DNA of 64,000 nucleotides from Elusimicrobiota bacterium (GTDB lineage: Bacteria > Elusimicrobiota > Elusimicrobia > UBA1565), in contig JBDRPD010000003.1 in assembly GCA_043827405.1 (NCBI GenBank), positions 1-64,000 on the forward strand. Reading direction: 5' to 3'. The translations under genes and the position numbers were made by a program. Positions 21,122 through 31,382 of this stretch are shown one piece after another. Position 1 is the first letter of the stretch. Each line of letters starts with the position of its first letter. The notes under the pieces are model-generated. The model did not search any database. It was given only the letters and a program-made list of their open reading frames with translations, and was not told where the DNA came from.

Positions 21122-21849
21122 TAGTCGAGCGCGATCACCTTGTCAGCGGAAAATGACGCAGCCTGGTGTCCGGCGGAGGCTTCCTGGAAGCACAGGCGCA
21201 CGGCGTCGCCTTTCTTTAGGTCGAGCAGCTTATAGGGGATGCGCACGGTCATGCGTCCGCCCTCAGTGGCGGTCAGCGTGTCGAAGCTGTTGAAGCCGAG
21301 ATGAATGTTGGGCCTGACCGGTTCGAGATAGTCCCCATGGAGCTTGTTGACCTCGAACGACGGAATGCGCTTGTAGATGGACGTGCGGGGATCGAAGGTG
21401 ACGCGGCCGGCGCGCTCCAGGCCCGTTTCCTTGCTCTTGGTCCAAAATCCCAAGGTCAGCATGACGCTGTACTCGAAGCCGGCGCGCGCGGGGAACTGCA
21501 GCGGAGCGAAGCCGCTTTGCGCGTTATTGTCGGTGTCGATGTAAAAAGTCGCCAGCAGCTGGCCGCGCCGCATGCCTTTTTCGCTGAGCTGGAGGTAGTA
21601 GTCCTTGATGCTGAAGGGCATTTCGACCTCAAGCTGCAGCTGCTCCTCGCCGCCGCGGGCGGCGGCGCGCACGATATCGGGCTGGACCCAGGTCGGCTCG
21701 CCGGGGAAGGCCATGATGTCGTTGGCCGGGTCGGTCCAGTCGGCCGCATGCGGCCGGTCGTCCTTCTTGCAGGCCGCGGCGGTCAGCGCGAAAACCAACG
21801 CGCAAAGCGGCAAAATGCGGAAAAAAGCGGGCTGCGGGATTGTATGCAT
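21121..21849 (-). CDS. Hypothetical lipoprotein
   Basis: Lipobox-like LTAAAC; TDPAND and YIDTDNN motifs typical of beta-sandwich domains; its stop overlaps the XDH start (TAATG). Start chosen at ATG 21849. Confidence 0.7.
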   Translation of the reverse strand: MHTIPQPAFFRILPLCALVFALTAAACKKDDRPHAADWTDPANDIMAFPGEPTWVQPDIVRAAARGGEEQLQLEVEMPFSIKDYYLQLSEKGMRRGQLLATFYIDTDNNAQSGFAPLQFPARAGFEYSVMLTLGFWTKSKETGLERAGRVTFDPRTSIYKRIPSFEVNKLHGDYLEPVRPNIHLGFNSFDTLTATEGGRMTVRIPYKLLDLKKGDAVRLCFQEASAGHQAASFSADKVIALD

Positions 21850-21875
21850 GGCCGCGGTAATATATCTTATTAAAG

Positions 21876-22601
21876 ATGCGTTTAGGATCAACAGCGCTTT
21901 TGGCCGTTTTACTCGCGGCACCGGCCGGCGCCGAGGTCAGTCTCAAGCCGCATACCGACTACAAGCCGATCAAGCGGACGGCCCTGCTCATTATCCCGGA
22001 TGCCGAGGGGTTGACCCAGTCCGGCGTCATGGTGACCGATATGATCGCGCATCATCTCACGCAGGCCGGCCTTCCGCTTTTGCCGCGGGCCACCCAGCAG
22101 CTGCTCCTGGAGGAGAAGAATATCGAGGTCTCCGTCCACACCCCGCGGGAGAAGCTGCAGACCATAGGCAAGCTGCTCGGCGTGGAGGCGGTGATCGTCG
22201 GGCGGCTGCTGGTTACGACCGAGGGGCGCGAAGCGGGGACGATGTCCGGCCAGCGCAAAATTATCGTGCGGCGCAACGGACGCTTCGTCCAGGTATGGAA
22301 GGACCCGGATCTCGGTCCGGGAGGCGTCCAGTACTTTCAGATCGACGGTCCCTGTACCGTCCTGCTTACGGTGAAGATGGTTAAAACGGAGGGCGGCGAG
22401 GTCATGTGGTTCCTGTCTTCCGAAGAGCGCAAGCGCGGTTTCCAGCAAGCCCTGCGCGCCGCTCTCGACCCGCCGATGAATGAGATCGTGCGCGCTATCC
22501 GTCGTTCGCTGGAGGGCTATACCTATACGCCCAAGCAGCGGAAAAAGTGGAAGGGCCTGGACAATGATTGGCGCGAGCGCCACGACCGGGGCCGCTTCTA
22601 G
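21876..22601 (+). CDS. Exported hypothetical protein (possible CsgG/LpoB-like alpha/beta fold)
   Basis: Signal peptide ending in AGA; IGKLLGVEAVIVG and VKMVKTEGGEVMW resemble CsgG/TolB-N-like folds. Confidence 0.6.
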   Translation: MRLGSTALLAVLLAAPAGAEVSLKPHTDYKPIKRTALLIIPDAEGLTQSGVMVTDMIAHHLTQAGLPLLPRATQQLLLEEKNIEVSVHTPREKLQTIGKLLGVEAVIVGRLLVTTEGREAGTMSGQRKIIVRRNGRFVQVWKDPDLGPGGVQYFQIDGPCTVLLTVKMVKTEGGEVMWFLSSEERKRGFQQALRAALDPPMNEIVRAIRRSLEGYTYTPKQRKKWKGLDNDWRERHDRGRF

Positions 22602-22957
22602 GGGCGGGCGCGCCGCACCGTTACCTCGACTACCCCGGTCTGCGGCATCAACGCCGGCTTCTTGCGCACGGTAATGGTCACCGCGCGGATGCGCCGGTCG
22701 AACCGCAGCGCCGTCCGCGCCAGGTCTTCCGCCAGACGCTCGATGAGGCGGCGCTCGACGGATTCGGCGGTCTCGCGCAGGCGCCGCTCCAGGGCGAAGT
22801 AGTCGACGCTGTGGCGCAGGTCGTCGCTGCGCCCCGCCCGGCGCAGGCCGGTCTCCAGCGCCGCGTCGATCCTGAGAGTCTGCTTCTTCCGGCGTTCGGC
22901 GGCGGGGACGCCAATGCGGCAGCGGCATTTAATATCGCGCAGGGTGATCCGGTCCAT
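22598..22957 (-). CDS. folB: Dihydroneopterin aldolase
   Basis: MDRITL, IGV..ER...Q, DDLRHSVDY, LIERLAE, VRKKP. Confidence 0.9.
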   Translation of the reverse strand: MDRITLRDIKCRCRIGVPAAERRKKQTLRIDAALETGLRRAGRSDDLRHSVDYFALERRLRETAESVERRLIERLAEDLARTALRFDRRIRAVTITVRKKPALMPQTGVVEVTVRRARP

Positions 22958-22958
22958 G

Positions 22959-24653
22959 TCAGTTGAAGTGCGGGTGCTTGAGATAGGGGAGCTTTACGGG
23001 CTTCTTGTCGGTTCGCTTCAGCTCCATCTCGGAAACCAGGATCGAGGGATGTATGATCGAGGCTTGTGTCTGGCCGCGCGCGAGCGCGAAAGGGCCCAGC
23101 TGATAGAAGTTGTGCACGTGCCGCCGGCTGCTGACGGCGACGATGTCGCGCAGGGCGCGCAGCGTCACGCCCGAGAACTTCGCGTTGCGCACCAAAGTCT
23201 CCTCGCCCGATTCGGCGTCGACCCGGTAGAGCATGATCGGAGGGGCTAACAGTTCGCCCGCTTCCCGTCCTTCCTCCATCACCAGGCGCCGTACGATATA
23301 GGCGTGATCAAGGCCGAAGTCGCGCGCCCGCGCCAGGAGATCCTGCTTTATTTCTTCCATAGAGGAGGTCTTCTCCGCCCAGACGATCATGTTCGAGATA
23401 TGGGCCGTGGGAATTTCCCATAGGGCGCCGCGGGAGTGGCCGTTGGAGCGAAGGCTCTTCTTGGTCGGGGCGCGGCTTGTCGGCAGGTCCTTGAGGATGC
23501 CCCGCTCGATGAGCTGAACGCGTTCGGCCGGGATGCCCTCGTCGTCTACCGCGTAGTGGCCGATAAGGGGGACGCCCTCGAAGGCCTCGAGGCTCGGATC
23601 GTCCTCAACGCTGATAAGCGGGGAGATCACCCGGAGGCCCAGGCGTTCGGTCAGCTCGCCCTTATGGAACTTCTCGCGTGCGCTCTCGTCCTCCAGCCAA
23701 AGCTCGCGCGGAAAAGAAACGTTGCGGGCAAGCAGCTGGTTGAAGAACTCGCCGGCCGCCTGGTCTTCGAATAGGACCGGGCCGATATAATCTTCGGCAA
23801 AGAGCGGGGCCTTGGTCAGCGCCGTCAGGCCGCGCGCGAGCTGCAAGGCTTCCGCTTCGAGCAGGGAATACGGAGGCAGGTCGTCGGCCCGGCGCCGGAT
23901 GAAGCGGCGGTAGTCCGACAGCCCCATGCCGTCGACCGCCTGGGCGTTCGCGGTGATATAGATCTCATAGTCATCGGCCGGTTTGCTGCTGCGCCGGCCC
24001 TCGCTGTCGGCGAGGTAAACCGTGCGGTCGGTCCAGAATAGGGAGGCGTCCGAGCTCTCAATGGCGGGATAGTCCTTGAATACCGCCGAGACCTTGCTCA
24101 TGCGTGTTTCCCACAGCTCGCGCCGCAGCTCCGGCCGCGCCGCGCCGCGCTGCGAGCTCTGCGCGGGGTCGCGGGTAAGGTCGGGGATTTCATCGCGGAT
24201 CATCCGGCTCTGCTTGTAGGCCTTCTTATGCGAGAAGCGCTGCAGGGCGTGCTTGTAGGCATCGTCGGTTAAACGCCAGAGGTCGAAGCGCAGGGCGTCG
24301 TAATCGTCCTCGACGATGAGCGGCTGCGTCATGGTGTCGTAGTTCCAGTAGTCCCTGCCGACATAATGGGTATTGTCGAATTCGGCGCTGCCGACGCGGA
24401 CGTCGACCTTGACGTTGCGGTAGAGTGAGACGTTGGAGCCCTTCAGGGCGCCGAACGCGCCGCGGATTTCCAGGCGGCGGTCCTCCTCGACCGTATAGGC
24501 GGCGAAATAGGGCGGCGCGAGCTGCTCCATGCGCAGGCGGCTGGTCGTGCGGCCCAGCTCATCGTTGAGCGCCCGCATGAGCGTGCCGGTTTCGGCGCGG
24601 ACGCCGAGGGCCGTCGCGGTTACCAGCACCAGCGCGGCGCCCCACCGGTTCAT
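22959..24653 (-). CDS. PmbA/TldE-like partner subunit with signal peptide
   Basis: Paralogous to the upstream TldD (YIGPVL, YAVDDEG, SNGHSRG, ISNMIV); lacks HExxxH; N-terminal signal peptide. Confidence 0.82.
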   Translation of the reverse strand: MNRWGAALVLVTATALGVRAETGTLMRALNDELGRTTSRLRMEQLAPPYFAAYTVEEDRRLEIRGAFGALKGSNVSLYRNVKVDVRVGSAEFDNTHYVGRDYWNYDTMTQPLIVEDDYDALRFDLWRLTDDAYKHALQRFSHKKAYKQSRMIRDEIPDLTRDPAQSSQRGAARPELRRELWETRMSKVSAVFKDYPAIESSDASLFWTDRTVYLADSEGRRSSKPADDYEIYITANAQAVDGMGLSDYRRFIRRRADDLPPYSLLEAEALQLARGLTALTKAPLFAEDYIGPVLFEDQAAGEFFNQLLARNVSFPRELWLEDESAREKFHKGELTERLGLRVISPLISVEDDPSLEAFEGVPLIGHYAVDDEGIPAERVQLIERGILKDLPTSRAPTKKSLRSNGHSRGALWEIPTAHISNMIVWAEKTSSMEEIKQDLLARARDFGLDHAYIVRRLVMEEGREAGELLAPPIMLYRVDAESGEETLVRNAKFSGVTLRALRDIVAVSSRRHVHNFYQLGPFALARGQTQASIIHPSILVSEMELKRTDKKPVKLPYLKHPHFN

Positions 24654-26359
24654 GGCGCCGTCCTCCCGTCGTGATGGGGCGAGGGGAGGATGGGCGGCCG
24701 CGCGGAGTTCTTCAAGTTCTTCTCCACTTCAACCTCGGCGATCAGCAGGCTCGGCGCCACCCCCGATACCGGGACCCAGCCGGACTCCGCGCCGCAGGTC
24801 CCGTTGAAGACGGCATAGTCGTCGGCCGCCGCCAGAATCTTGGCGAAGGAGTTGAGCGGCGTGCCCACGATGTCGGCGCCGCGCACGGCTTCGTCCGGTC
24901 TTCCATCGGGGTAGACGCGATAGACGAGCTTCGGCAGGACCTTGAAGGATTGCGCGCCGGAGCGCCCGGTGTTGGTGAAGCCGCCGCCGATATCCTCAAA
25001 AATCAGGCCGTAGGGCTTGCCTTGCCGCTTGATCTCCTCGATCAGCATTTCGCGCAGGCGCGTGTAGGTGACGGTCTTGGACGCGTGCACCCGGGTATTG
25101 CCCATGCGGGCGGTCACTTCCTGTCCCTCGCCGCGCCGTCCGTGGCCGTTGGAGTTCGCGAAGCCCTTGATCGGCGAGCGCGACAGGAGGAAGCCCTTGA
25201 GGACGCCGTCCTTGACCAAAGTGACCTCACGGGCTTCGACGCCTTCGTCGTCGTACCGGTAGAAGCCGCGCAGGCTTTGGCCCGCGAAGCGCTCGAGCGT
25301 CGCGTCGTCGTAGACGCTGATGAAGTCCGCCGTGATGGGCTGGCCTAGTTTTTTGGCGAAAGTCTGTCCTTCGTCCTCAAGCTTTTGCCGGTGGCCCTCC
25401 AGCCGGTGGCCGAGTATCTCATGGAAGAATACGGCCGCCGCCCGGTTGCGGATAATGGCCGGCCCCGTATAGGGCTGGACGATGGGCGCCCGGTAGAGGG
25501 CCGCGAGCTCGGCGATGGAGTCCTCGATGTCGCGCAGTATCTTGTCGTCGGACGGCAGGTCGCGGACGCGGACGGCATCGTAGTTGCGGAAGCGGTCGAG
25601 GTCCATGCCGTCTTCAGTCCGGGCCAGGAGCGTATAGGTCAGGCGGATATAGCTGTTTCCGGTGACGACCTCGGTTCCCTCCGAATTGACGATGTAGCGG
25701 TTCTCGGTGCGCACGGAGAAATGGACCCCGGAGTGGATGAGAAAATCGTGCTTTTTGAACGCGGCGGACAGCCGGCGCAGCCGGCTGCGCCACTCTTCCT
25801 TATCGATGAGGGGCATATCGGTCACGTCGTAATGGCGCGCGGGCTCTTCGCGAGAGAAGTCGTCGGACGGGTCTTCCTCCTCCGCGGTTACGGTTTTATT
25901 GGTCCGCACCTTCAGATAGCGGTTCTGCGCGGTCTTGTAGGCGAGGTCGGTGTGCATCCAGATGCCCGCTCTGAGAGATGCCGGATCATCCTCGACCGGG
26001 AGCGAGGTAACGGCGTTTCCCGCGTCTTCGCGGAAGGCGTTGTTCCCTTTGAACTGGTGGGTGCTGTCGAGCGTATAATCGCCCACGCGCATGTCCACAT
26101 CCAGGTGGCGGGAATGCCGTTCGTTCTCGCTGCGTACGGCGCCGAGAAAAGCCGCCAGGTCATAGGTGCGGGTATCGCGCGCCTCGTAGCCCATATAGTA
26201 GAGCGGCGCCGTTTCGGCGCCGCGCAGGACAGGGAAGGAGCGCGCCAGCTCATCTTTGAGCGCGCGCAGCAGCACGTCTTTCTTGGCTGAAGCGGCGGCG
26301 GCCGGTGAGCCGGCGGCCAGCAGCAGCGCGAGGATTACATAGTTGGCGCGGCGCGTCAT
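24650..26359 (-). CDS. TldD-family metalloprotease with signal peptide
   Basis: FFHEILGHRLE zinc motif, YDDEG, SNGHGR, ARMGNT, GTCGAESG.VPVS; signal peptide. Confidence 0.9.
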   Translation of the reverse strand: MTRRANYVILALLLAAGSPAAAASAKKDVLLRALKDELARSFPVLRGAETAPLYYMGYEARDTRTYDLAAFLGAVRSENERHSRHLDVDMRVGDYTLDSTHQFKGNNAFREDAGNAVTSLPVEDDPASLRAGIWMHTDLAYKTAQNRYLKVRTNKTVTAEEEDPSDDFSREEPARHYDVTDMPLIDKEEWRSRLRRLSAAFKKHDFLIHSGVHFSVRTENRYIVNSEGTEVVTGNSYIRLTYTLLARTEDGMDLDRFRNYDAVRVRDLPSDDKILRDIEDSIAELAALYRAPIVQPYTGPAIIRNRAAAVFFHEILGHRLEGHRQKLEDEGQTFAKKLGQPITADFISVYDDATLERFAGQSLRGFYRYDDEGVEAREVTLVKDGVLKGFLLSRSPIKGFANSNGHGRRGEGQEVTARMGNTRVHASKTVTYTRLREMLIEEIKRQGKPYGLIFEDIGGGFTNTGRSGAQSFKVLPKLVYRVYPDGRPDEAVRGADIVGTPLNSFAKILAAADDYAVFNGTCGAESGWVPVSGVAPSLLIAEVEVEKNLKNSARPPILPSPHHDGRTAP

Positions 26360-26366
26360 ATCGGAC

Positions 26367-26395
26367 AGCTTAACCTAACTGAATACAGGCGTCAA
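26367..26395 (-). promoter_or_regulatory. Putative sigma70 promoter of the tldD operon
   Basis: On the minus strand TTGACG-17 nt-TAAGCT, 7 nt before the ATG. Confidence 0.55.
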
Positions 26396-26434
26396 CATAT
26401 AATCCGTTCGCGCGACAGGATCATGGTTGGGCCG

Positions 26435-28198
26435 TCAATTCTGGATTGCGGGCCGGTCGGCGGCTTCGGCCAGCGGGTCCTTGAGCACGGCGCGCACGGC
26501 AGTCCCCGTCTCCGCCTGCAGGGCGCGCCCGGCCAGCCCCTCGGCTTCGAGCAGCGAGACGGCGCGGACGGCTTCCCGGACTTCGAGGATCTTGCCGGGG
26601 ACGACGCTCAGGCTGCGCACTCCGAGTCCCAGCAGCAGCTTGGTGCATCTCGGGTCGGCGGCCATCTCCCCGCAGACGGAGGCGTCCTTGCCGCACTTTT
26701 TGGCCGCCGCCGTCACTTGGCGGAGCGCTTCCAGGACCGATGGATGCAGCGAGTCATAGTAGGAAGCCATGTCCGGGCTGGTGCGGTCCGCGGTCAGCAG
26801 GTACTGAATGAGATCGTTGGTGCCGATCGCCAAAAAGTCGGCCGCCGCGGTGATCTTGTCGATGGTGATGACCGCGGAAGGGACCTCGATCATCGCCCCG
26901 ACGGGGATTCCCTTGGCAAAACGGCGATTTTCCGCCCGCAAGGCCGTCTCCGCCGTCCGGATGAGCCGCTTGGCCTCGGCCACGTCTCCGGCGTCTACCA
27001 CCATCGGCAGGAGGATTTTTACTGCGCCGGTCATCCCCGCGCGCAGGATGGCCTTGAGCTGGACCTGCAGGATCTCAGGGTACTTCAGCATCAGGCGGAT
27101 GCCGCGCAGGGTTAGGGCCGAGCTGGGACCGGCCGGCAGCGGGAAATACGGCAGGATCTTGTCGCTGCCCAGATCCAGCACGCGAATGGTCACCGGCGCG
27201 GGCTTCATCGCCGCGACGAACTCCTTGTAGAAGCGGAACTGCTCTTCCTCGGTCGGGAAGCTCTGCTGGCCCATGAAGAGAAACTCCGTGCGGCACAGGC
27301 CGATGCCGTCAGCGCCCAGGCCGCGGGCGGAGCGCGCGTCGTCCGGATTCGCCACGTTCGCGGTCAGCGCGATGCGCGCGCCGTCCTGCGTGACGGTGAG
27401 GAGGTCGGAGAGCTCTTCGAGGTCCTCCCGGCGCGACTCCAGCTCCGTCTCGATGCGTTCGTAGCGGCGCAGCAGGGACGGCCCCGGATCGAGGTAGACT
27501 TCGCCTCTCTTTCCGTCGACGAGCAGCGTCTGCCCGGCCCGGATGCCGGCGAGGGCTCCCGTCACGCCCGCGGCGTACGGCACGTTCAGGGAGCGCGCGA
27601 TGATGGCGGTGTGGGAGGTCCGGCCGCCCTTCTCGGTTACGATGCCGCGGATGCCCTTGAGCTGCATGTGCGCCGTTACCGACGGCAGCAGCTCCTCGGC
27701 GACGATGACCGAGTCCGGCGGCACGAGGATGTCCTCGCCGGAATGCCGCCGCATGAGCACGGAGAGCACGCGGCGGCCGATATCTCTCACGTCGGCGGCG
27801 CGTTCCTGGATGTAGGGGTCCGGCAGCGCGGCGAGCATCTGCGCCGCCCGGCCGATGACGTCTGAAACCGCGGCTTCGATGTTGAGCTTGTTGTGGGTGA
27901 CCGCGTTGAACACGTCCTTGAGCAGCAGCGGATCCTTCAGGACCACCAGCTGGGCGCCGAAGATCTCGGCCTCGTCGGTCCCCAGCTTCTCGCGCACGGA
28001 ATCGCGCAGCGCCGCGATGTCGTCCGCGGCGGTCTTCAGCGCGGCGTCGAACTTGGCGAGCTCCGGCGCGATCTCTCCGGGGAGGATCTCCCGGCGGGGA
28101 GCGACCAGGTGGCTGCTGCTGAGAAACAGATACGCCGTTCCATGCCCGATCCCGGACGAAACCCCCAAGCCTTTCAGTAGTTTTCTTTGCCGGCCCAT
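26435..28198 (-). CDS. ptsI: Phosphoenolpyruvate-protein phosphotransferase (PTS enzyme I)
   Basis: GGRTSHTAI (phospho-His), GIGLCRTEFLF, IRVLDLGSDK, MIEVP, IGTNDLIQY, VCGEMA. Start chosen at 28198 after GGGAG. Confidence 0.93.
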   Translation of the reverse strand: MGRQRKLLKGLGVSSGIGHGTAYLFLSSSHLVAPRREILPGEIAPELAKFDAALKTAADDIAALRDSVREKLGTDEAEIFGAQLVVLKDPLLLKDVFNAVTHNKLNIEAAVSDVIGRAAQMLAALPDPYIQERAADVRDIGRRVLSVLMRRHSGEDILVPPDSVIVAEELLPSVTAHMQLKGIRGIVTEKGGRTSHTAIIARSLNVPYAAGVTGALAGIRAGQTLLVDGKRGEVYLDPGPSLLRRYERIETELESRREDLEELSDLLTVTQDGARIALTANVANPDDARSARGLGADGIGLCRTEFLFMGQQSFPTEEEQFRFYKEFVAAMKPAPVTIRVLDLGSDKILPYFPLPAGPSSALTLRGIRLMLKYPEILQVQLKAILRAGMTGAVKILLPMVVDAGDVAEAKRLIRTAETALRAENRRFAKGIPVGAMIEVPSAVITIDKITAAADFLAIGTNDLIQYLLTADRTSPDMASYYDSLHPSVLEALRQVTAAAKKCGKDASVCGEMAADPRCTKLLLGLGVRSLSVVPGKILEVREAVRAVSLLEAEGLAGRALQAETGTAVRAVLKDPLAEAADRPAIQN

Positions 28199-28223
28199 AT
28201 GCGCTCCCGGAAGCGATTCTAGC

Positions 28224-31200
28224 CTAATTGCCGGCCGCGCGGCCATATGCCCGACGGTCCCCAACCCACGCCCCGAAGGCGTAGACGGTCGGTATCAGGA
28301 ACAGGGAGACCACCGCGGTAAAGAGCAGCCCCCAGCCGAAGGTCAGGGCGACATGCTCGAGGAAGGGCTCGCGGCCGCCGATGCCGTAGCCCAGCGGCGC
28401 GACGCCGAAGAAAGTGGTTACGCTGGTCAGGATGATCGGCCGCAGGCGCTGGCGGCCGGCTTCGACCAGCCGCTCCGGCAGCGTCAGCTCGGGACGCTCC
28501 TCGGCCAGGCGCAGGATGGCCTCCACCAGCAGAATCGAGTTGTTGACGACCACCCCCATGAGTCCCGCCAGGCCGATAAGAACCAGCATCGACAGCGGCA
28601 GGCCGTGCAGCAGTAAAGTGAGAAAGACGCCGATGAAGGCGAAGGGGATGATGGACATAATGACGACGGGCAGCAGGAGCGAGCCCATCAAGGTCGCCAG
28701 CAAGGTGTAGATCACGATGCAGGCGATCGCCATCGCCCGCCGCAGCGAGGCCACCGACTCGATGCGGTCCTGCTCCTCGCCGACGAACTCCCAGCGCACG
28801 TCGGGGTTCTGCCGCGTCAGTTCGTCGAGTACCTTGGCGAGCGCCACCGAGACTTCGCTCGAGGACGTCGCGTCCCGGTCGACGTCGGCGATCACGGTGA
28901 TGGTGCGCTTGCCTTCGGAATGCGGGATGGCGAAATAGCCGGAGCTTTTTGTGCGCTTGATCAGCTGCGACAGCGGCACCATCCGTCCCCGGGGGGTGGT
29001 GATCCGGATCTGTTCCAGCGTGTCTTTGGAGCCGCGGGCCGCCTCCGGCAGCTTGACCAGGACTTCGATGTCCTCATCGACGTCGGCCCGCTGGATCTCG
29101 GTGGCGATCGCGCCGTCGTAGGCCGACCGCACCACCATCGCTACCGTGGACGGCGGAACGCCGGCGCGCGCTATCGCTTCCATATCCACCGTCAGCAGGA
29201 TCTCCTCCTTGCCGGGCGTGAAATCGTCTTTGACTCCGAACACTCCTTTCTGTCCGCGCAGGAAGTCCTGGGCTTGGCGGGAAAGCGCGGAGAGGGTCTC
29301 GAAGTTGTCGCCGATAAGCCGCGCCTCGACGGCCTTGCCCTGGGGCGGGCCCGCCTTGCGCTGGGTGATCTCGAGCTTCACCACGCCGAGCTCGCCCGCG
29401 GTCTTCTCCAGCTGCGGGCGAATATCCTTTAGGATATCATTGCCGTCGCGTCGCGGCTTGCCGCTGCGGTCCAAAACGATGCGCGACTGCGCGAAGTGGG
29501 TGCCGCGCTGCTTGCTGTGTTCGTCGCCGCTGACGCCGATCTCGGTGATGATCGACTCGACCTCGCTCGGCGGCAGCGCCGCGAGGATTTTTTCGAGCTC
29601 GGCCGAGACGGCGGACGTCCTCTCCAGGCTGGTCCCCATCGGGAGCTCCAGGGAGACAAAGAACTCGTCGACCGCGACCGGAAACATGTGGAAGCGTAAA
29701 AACGCCTTGGAGACGCCGAGCGAGACCAGCAGCATGAGCACGAAGAAGGCGAAGCTTTTCCCCGGATTCGCTACGCAGCGGCGGAGCGGGGGTTGGTAGA
29801 GACGGTCGAGAAACACCATCAGCCGGGTCCCCCGCTCGCGAAAGCGCGTCATAAAGGCCGGAAAGCGGATGCGATCCGCGAACAGCACTAGATGGCTGGG
29901 CAGGATAAAGATGCACTCCAACAGGTCCACCGCGAGGGTCGCCACCACCACCACCGGGAACTGGCGCAGGAACTTGCCCATGATGCCCGAGACGTAGGCG
30001 AGCGGGCTGAAGGCGATGATGGTGGTGAGCACCGCGACCGTGATCGGCAGCGCCATCTGTGAGGTGCCGACGATGGCGGCTTTTTCCGGGGATAAGCCCT
30101 CCTCGCGCTTCTTCTCGTAGAATTCGGAGACCACCACGCCGTCGTCGACCAGCATGCCCGAGACCAGGATGAAGGAGAACATGGACAGCAGGTTGATCGT
30201 ATAGCCGAGCATGTGGATGACGATGAGCCCTCCGAGGAAGGCGATCGGAATCGCCAGCGTCGTGAATACGGCGCTGACGGGGGAGAGGAAAAACACCAGG
30301 CTGATCAGAACGAGGAGGATCCCTTGGCTGCCGTTTTTCAGCAGGACGTCGAGGCGCCGCTTGATGTAGAAGGTCACGTCGTCGGAGTAGGAGAAGATCA
30401 CGTTCGGGTAGAGCGCGCGGTAGCGGTCGACGAGCGGCCGAATTTTGTCGACGATGTCGAGCGTGTCGCCTGCCGGCTTCTTGAAGACGGTGATGCTGAT
30501 CGATTTGGTGCCGTTGACCCGGGTGAAGACCTTCTCGCGTTCGAAGGTGTCTTTGACCTCGGCCACGTCGCGGATGCGCAGCTGCTCGCCCTCGACGTTG
30601 GAGCGCACCACCACGCCGCGCACGTCCTCGGCGGTCTGCAGCCGTCCCATGGTGCGGACCAGAACCTCCTTGCCGTCGATGACCATGCGTCCGCCGGGAG
30701 AGGTGTGGTTCGAGCGGGCGGTGGCCTCGATAAGGTCGTTGAGCGACAGATGCAGCCCGTCGAGCTTGGCCTGATCCGCCTCGATCCATATCTGCTGCTT
30801 GCGGTAGCCGCCCTTGGCGACCTTATTGACCCCGTCGAGCTCGAGCAGGACGTCCTCGAGCCGGCGCGCGACCACGCGCAGCTCGCTTTCCGGAGCCCCC
30901 GAGAGATCGATGTTGATCACCGGCCGGTTGGACCCCATCTCCTGGACGATGGGCTCATCGCCGTCTTCCGGGAGCTCGGCGCCGCGCACGCGCTCGACCT
31001 CGTTCTCGATATCCTTGACGGTCTTGCGTTTGGTCGGATGATCGGGGTCGAGCCGGATCAGGATCACCGACATCCCCTCGACCGACCAGGACTCCATGCG
31101 GTCGATGCCGTCGATCCCTTTGACGGCCCGTTCGAGGGGGACGGTGACCAGCTGCTCGACCTCCTCCGGCGCCGCGCCGCGAAACGGCGTAGTTATGAGC

Positions 31201-31382
31201 ATGATGTCGAATTCGATCTGCGGGAAGGCCTCCTTGGTGATGGTGAACGCCAGCACCGTCCCCACCAGCAGCACGAAAAAGGCGACCAGGTTGGTGAACA
31301 CGTGCTGGCGGGCGAAGAACCGGAACAGCCCGAGCTCGCGAGGGTCGCGCGCTTCCGGTTCCTTCTCCGGCGCGTGCTTCAT
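28224..31382 (-). CDS. RND efflux transporter permease subunit (AcrB family)
   Basis: About 1050 aa; PEEVEQLVTVPLE, GMLVDDGVVV, RLRPIILTSVTT; ATGA overlap with the TolC-fusion stop. Confidence 0.93.
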   Translation of the reverse strand: MKHAPEKEPEARDPRELGLFRFFARQHVFTNLVAFFVLLVGTVLAFTITKEAFPQIEFDIMLITTPFRGAAPEEVEQLVTVPLERAVKGIDGIDRMESWSVEGMSVILIRLDPDHPTKRKTVKDIENEVERVRGAELPEDGDEPIVQEMGSNRPVINIDLSGAPESELRVVARRLEDVLLELDGVNKVAKGGYRKQQIWIEADQAKLDGLHLSLNDLIEATARSNHTSPGGRMVIDGKEVLVRTMGRLQTAEDVRGVVVRSNVEGEQLRIRDVAEVKDTFEREKVFTRVNGTKSISITVFKKPAGDTLDIVDKIRPLVDRYRALYPNVIFSYSDDVTFYIKRRLDVLLKNGSQGILLVLISLVFFLSPVSAVFTTLAIPIAFLGGLIVIHMLGYTINLLSMFSFILVSGMLVDDGVVVSEFYEKKREEGLSPEKAAIVGTSQMALPITVAVLTTIIAFSPLAYVSGIMGKFLRQFPVVVVATLAVDLLECIFILPSHLVLFADRIRFPAFMTRFRERGTRLMVFLDRLYQPPLRRCVANPGKSFAFFVLMLLVSLGVSKAFLRFHMFPVAVDEFFVSLELPMGTSLERTSAVSAELEKILAALPPSEVESIITEIGVSGDEHSKQRGTHFAQSRIVLDRSGKPRRDGNDILKDIRPQLEKTAGELGVVKLEITQRKAGPPQGKAVEARLIGDNFETLSALSRQAQDFLRGQKGVFGVKDDFTPGKEEILLTVDMEAIARAGVPPSTVAMVVRSAYDGAIATEIQRADVDEDIEVLVKLPEAARGSKDTLEQIRITTPRGRMVPLSQLIKRTKSSGYFAIPHSEGKRTITVIADVDRDATSSSEVSVALAKVLDELTRQNPDVRWEFVGEEQDRIESVASLRRAMAIACIVIYTLLATLMGSLLLPVVIMSIIPFAFIGVFLTLLLHGLPLSMLVLIGLAGLMGVVVNNSILLVEAILRLAEERPELTLPERLVEAGRQRLRPIILTSVTTFFGVAPLGYGIGGREPFLEHVALTFGWGLLFTAVVSLFLIPTVYAFGAWVGDRRAYGRAAGN

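Noticed and set aside
22959..26359. RiPP cluster around TldD/PmbA
   Set aside because: No YcaO, precursor peptide or dedicated transporter nearby; the radical SAM gene is 18 kb away in a heme context.
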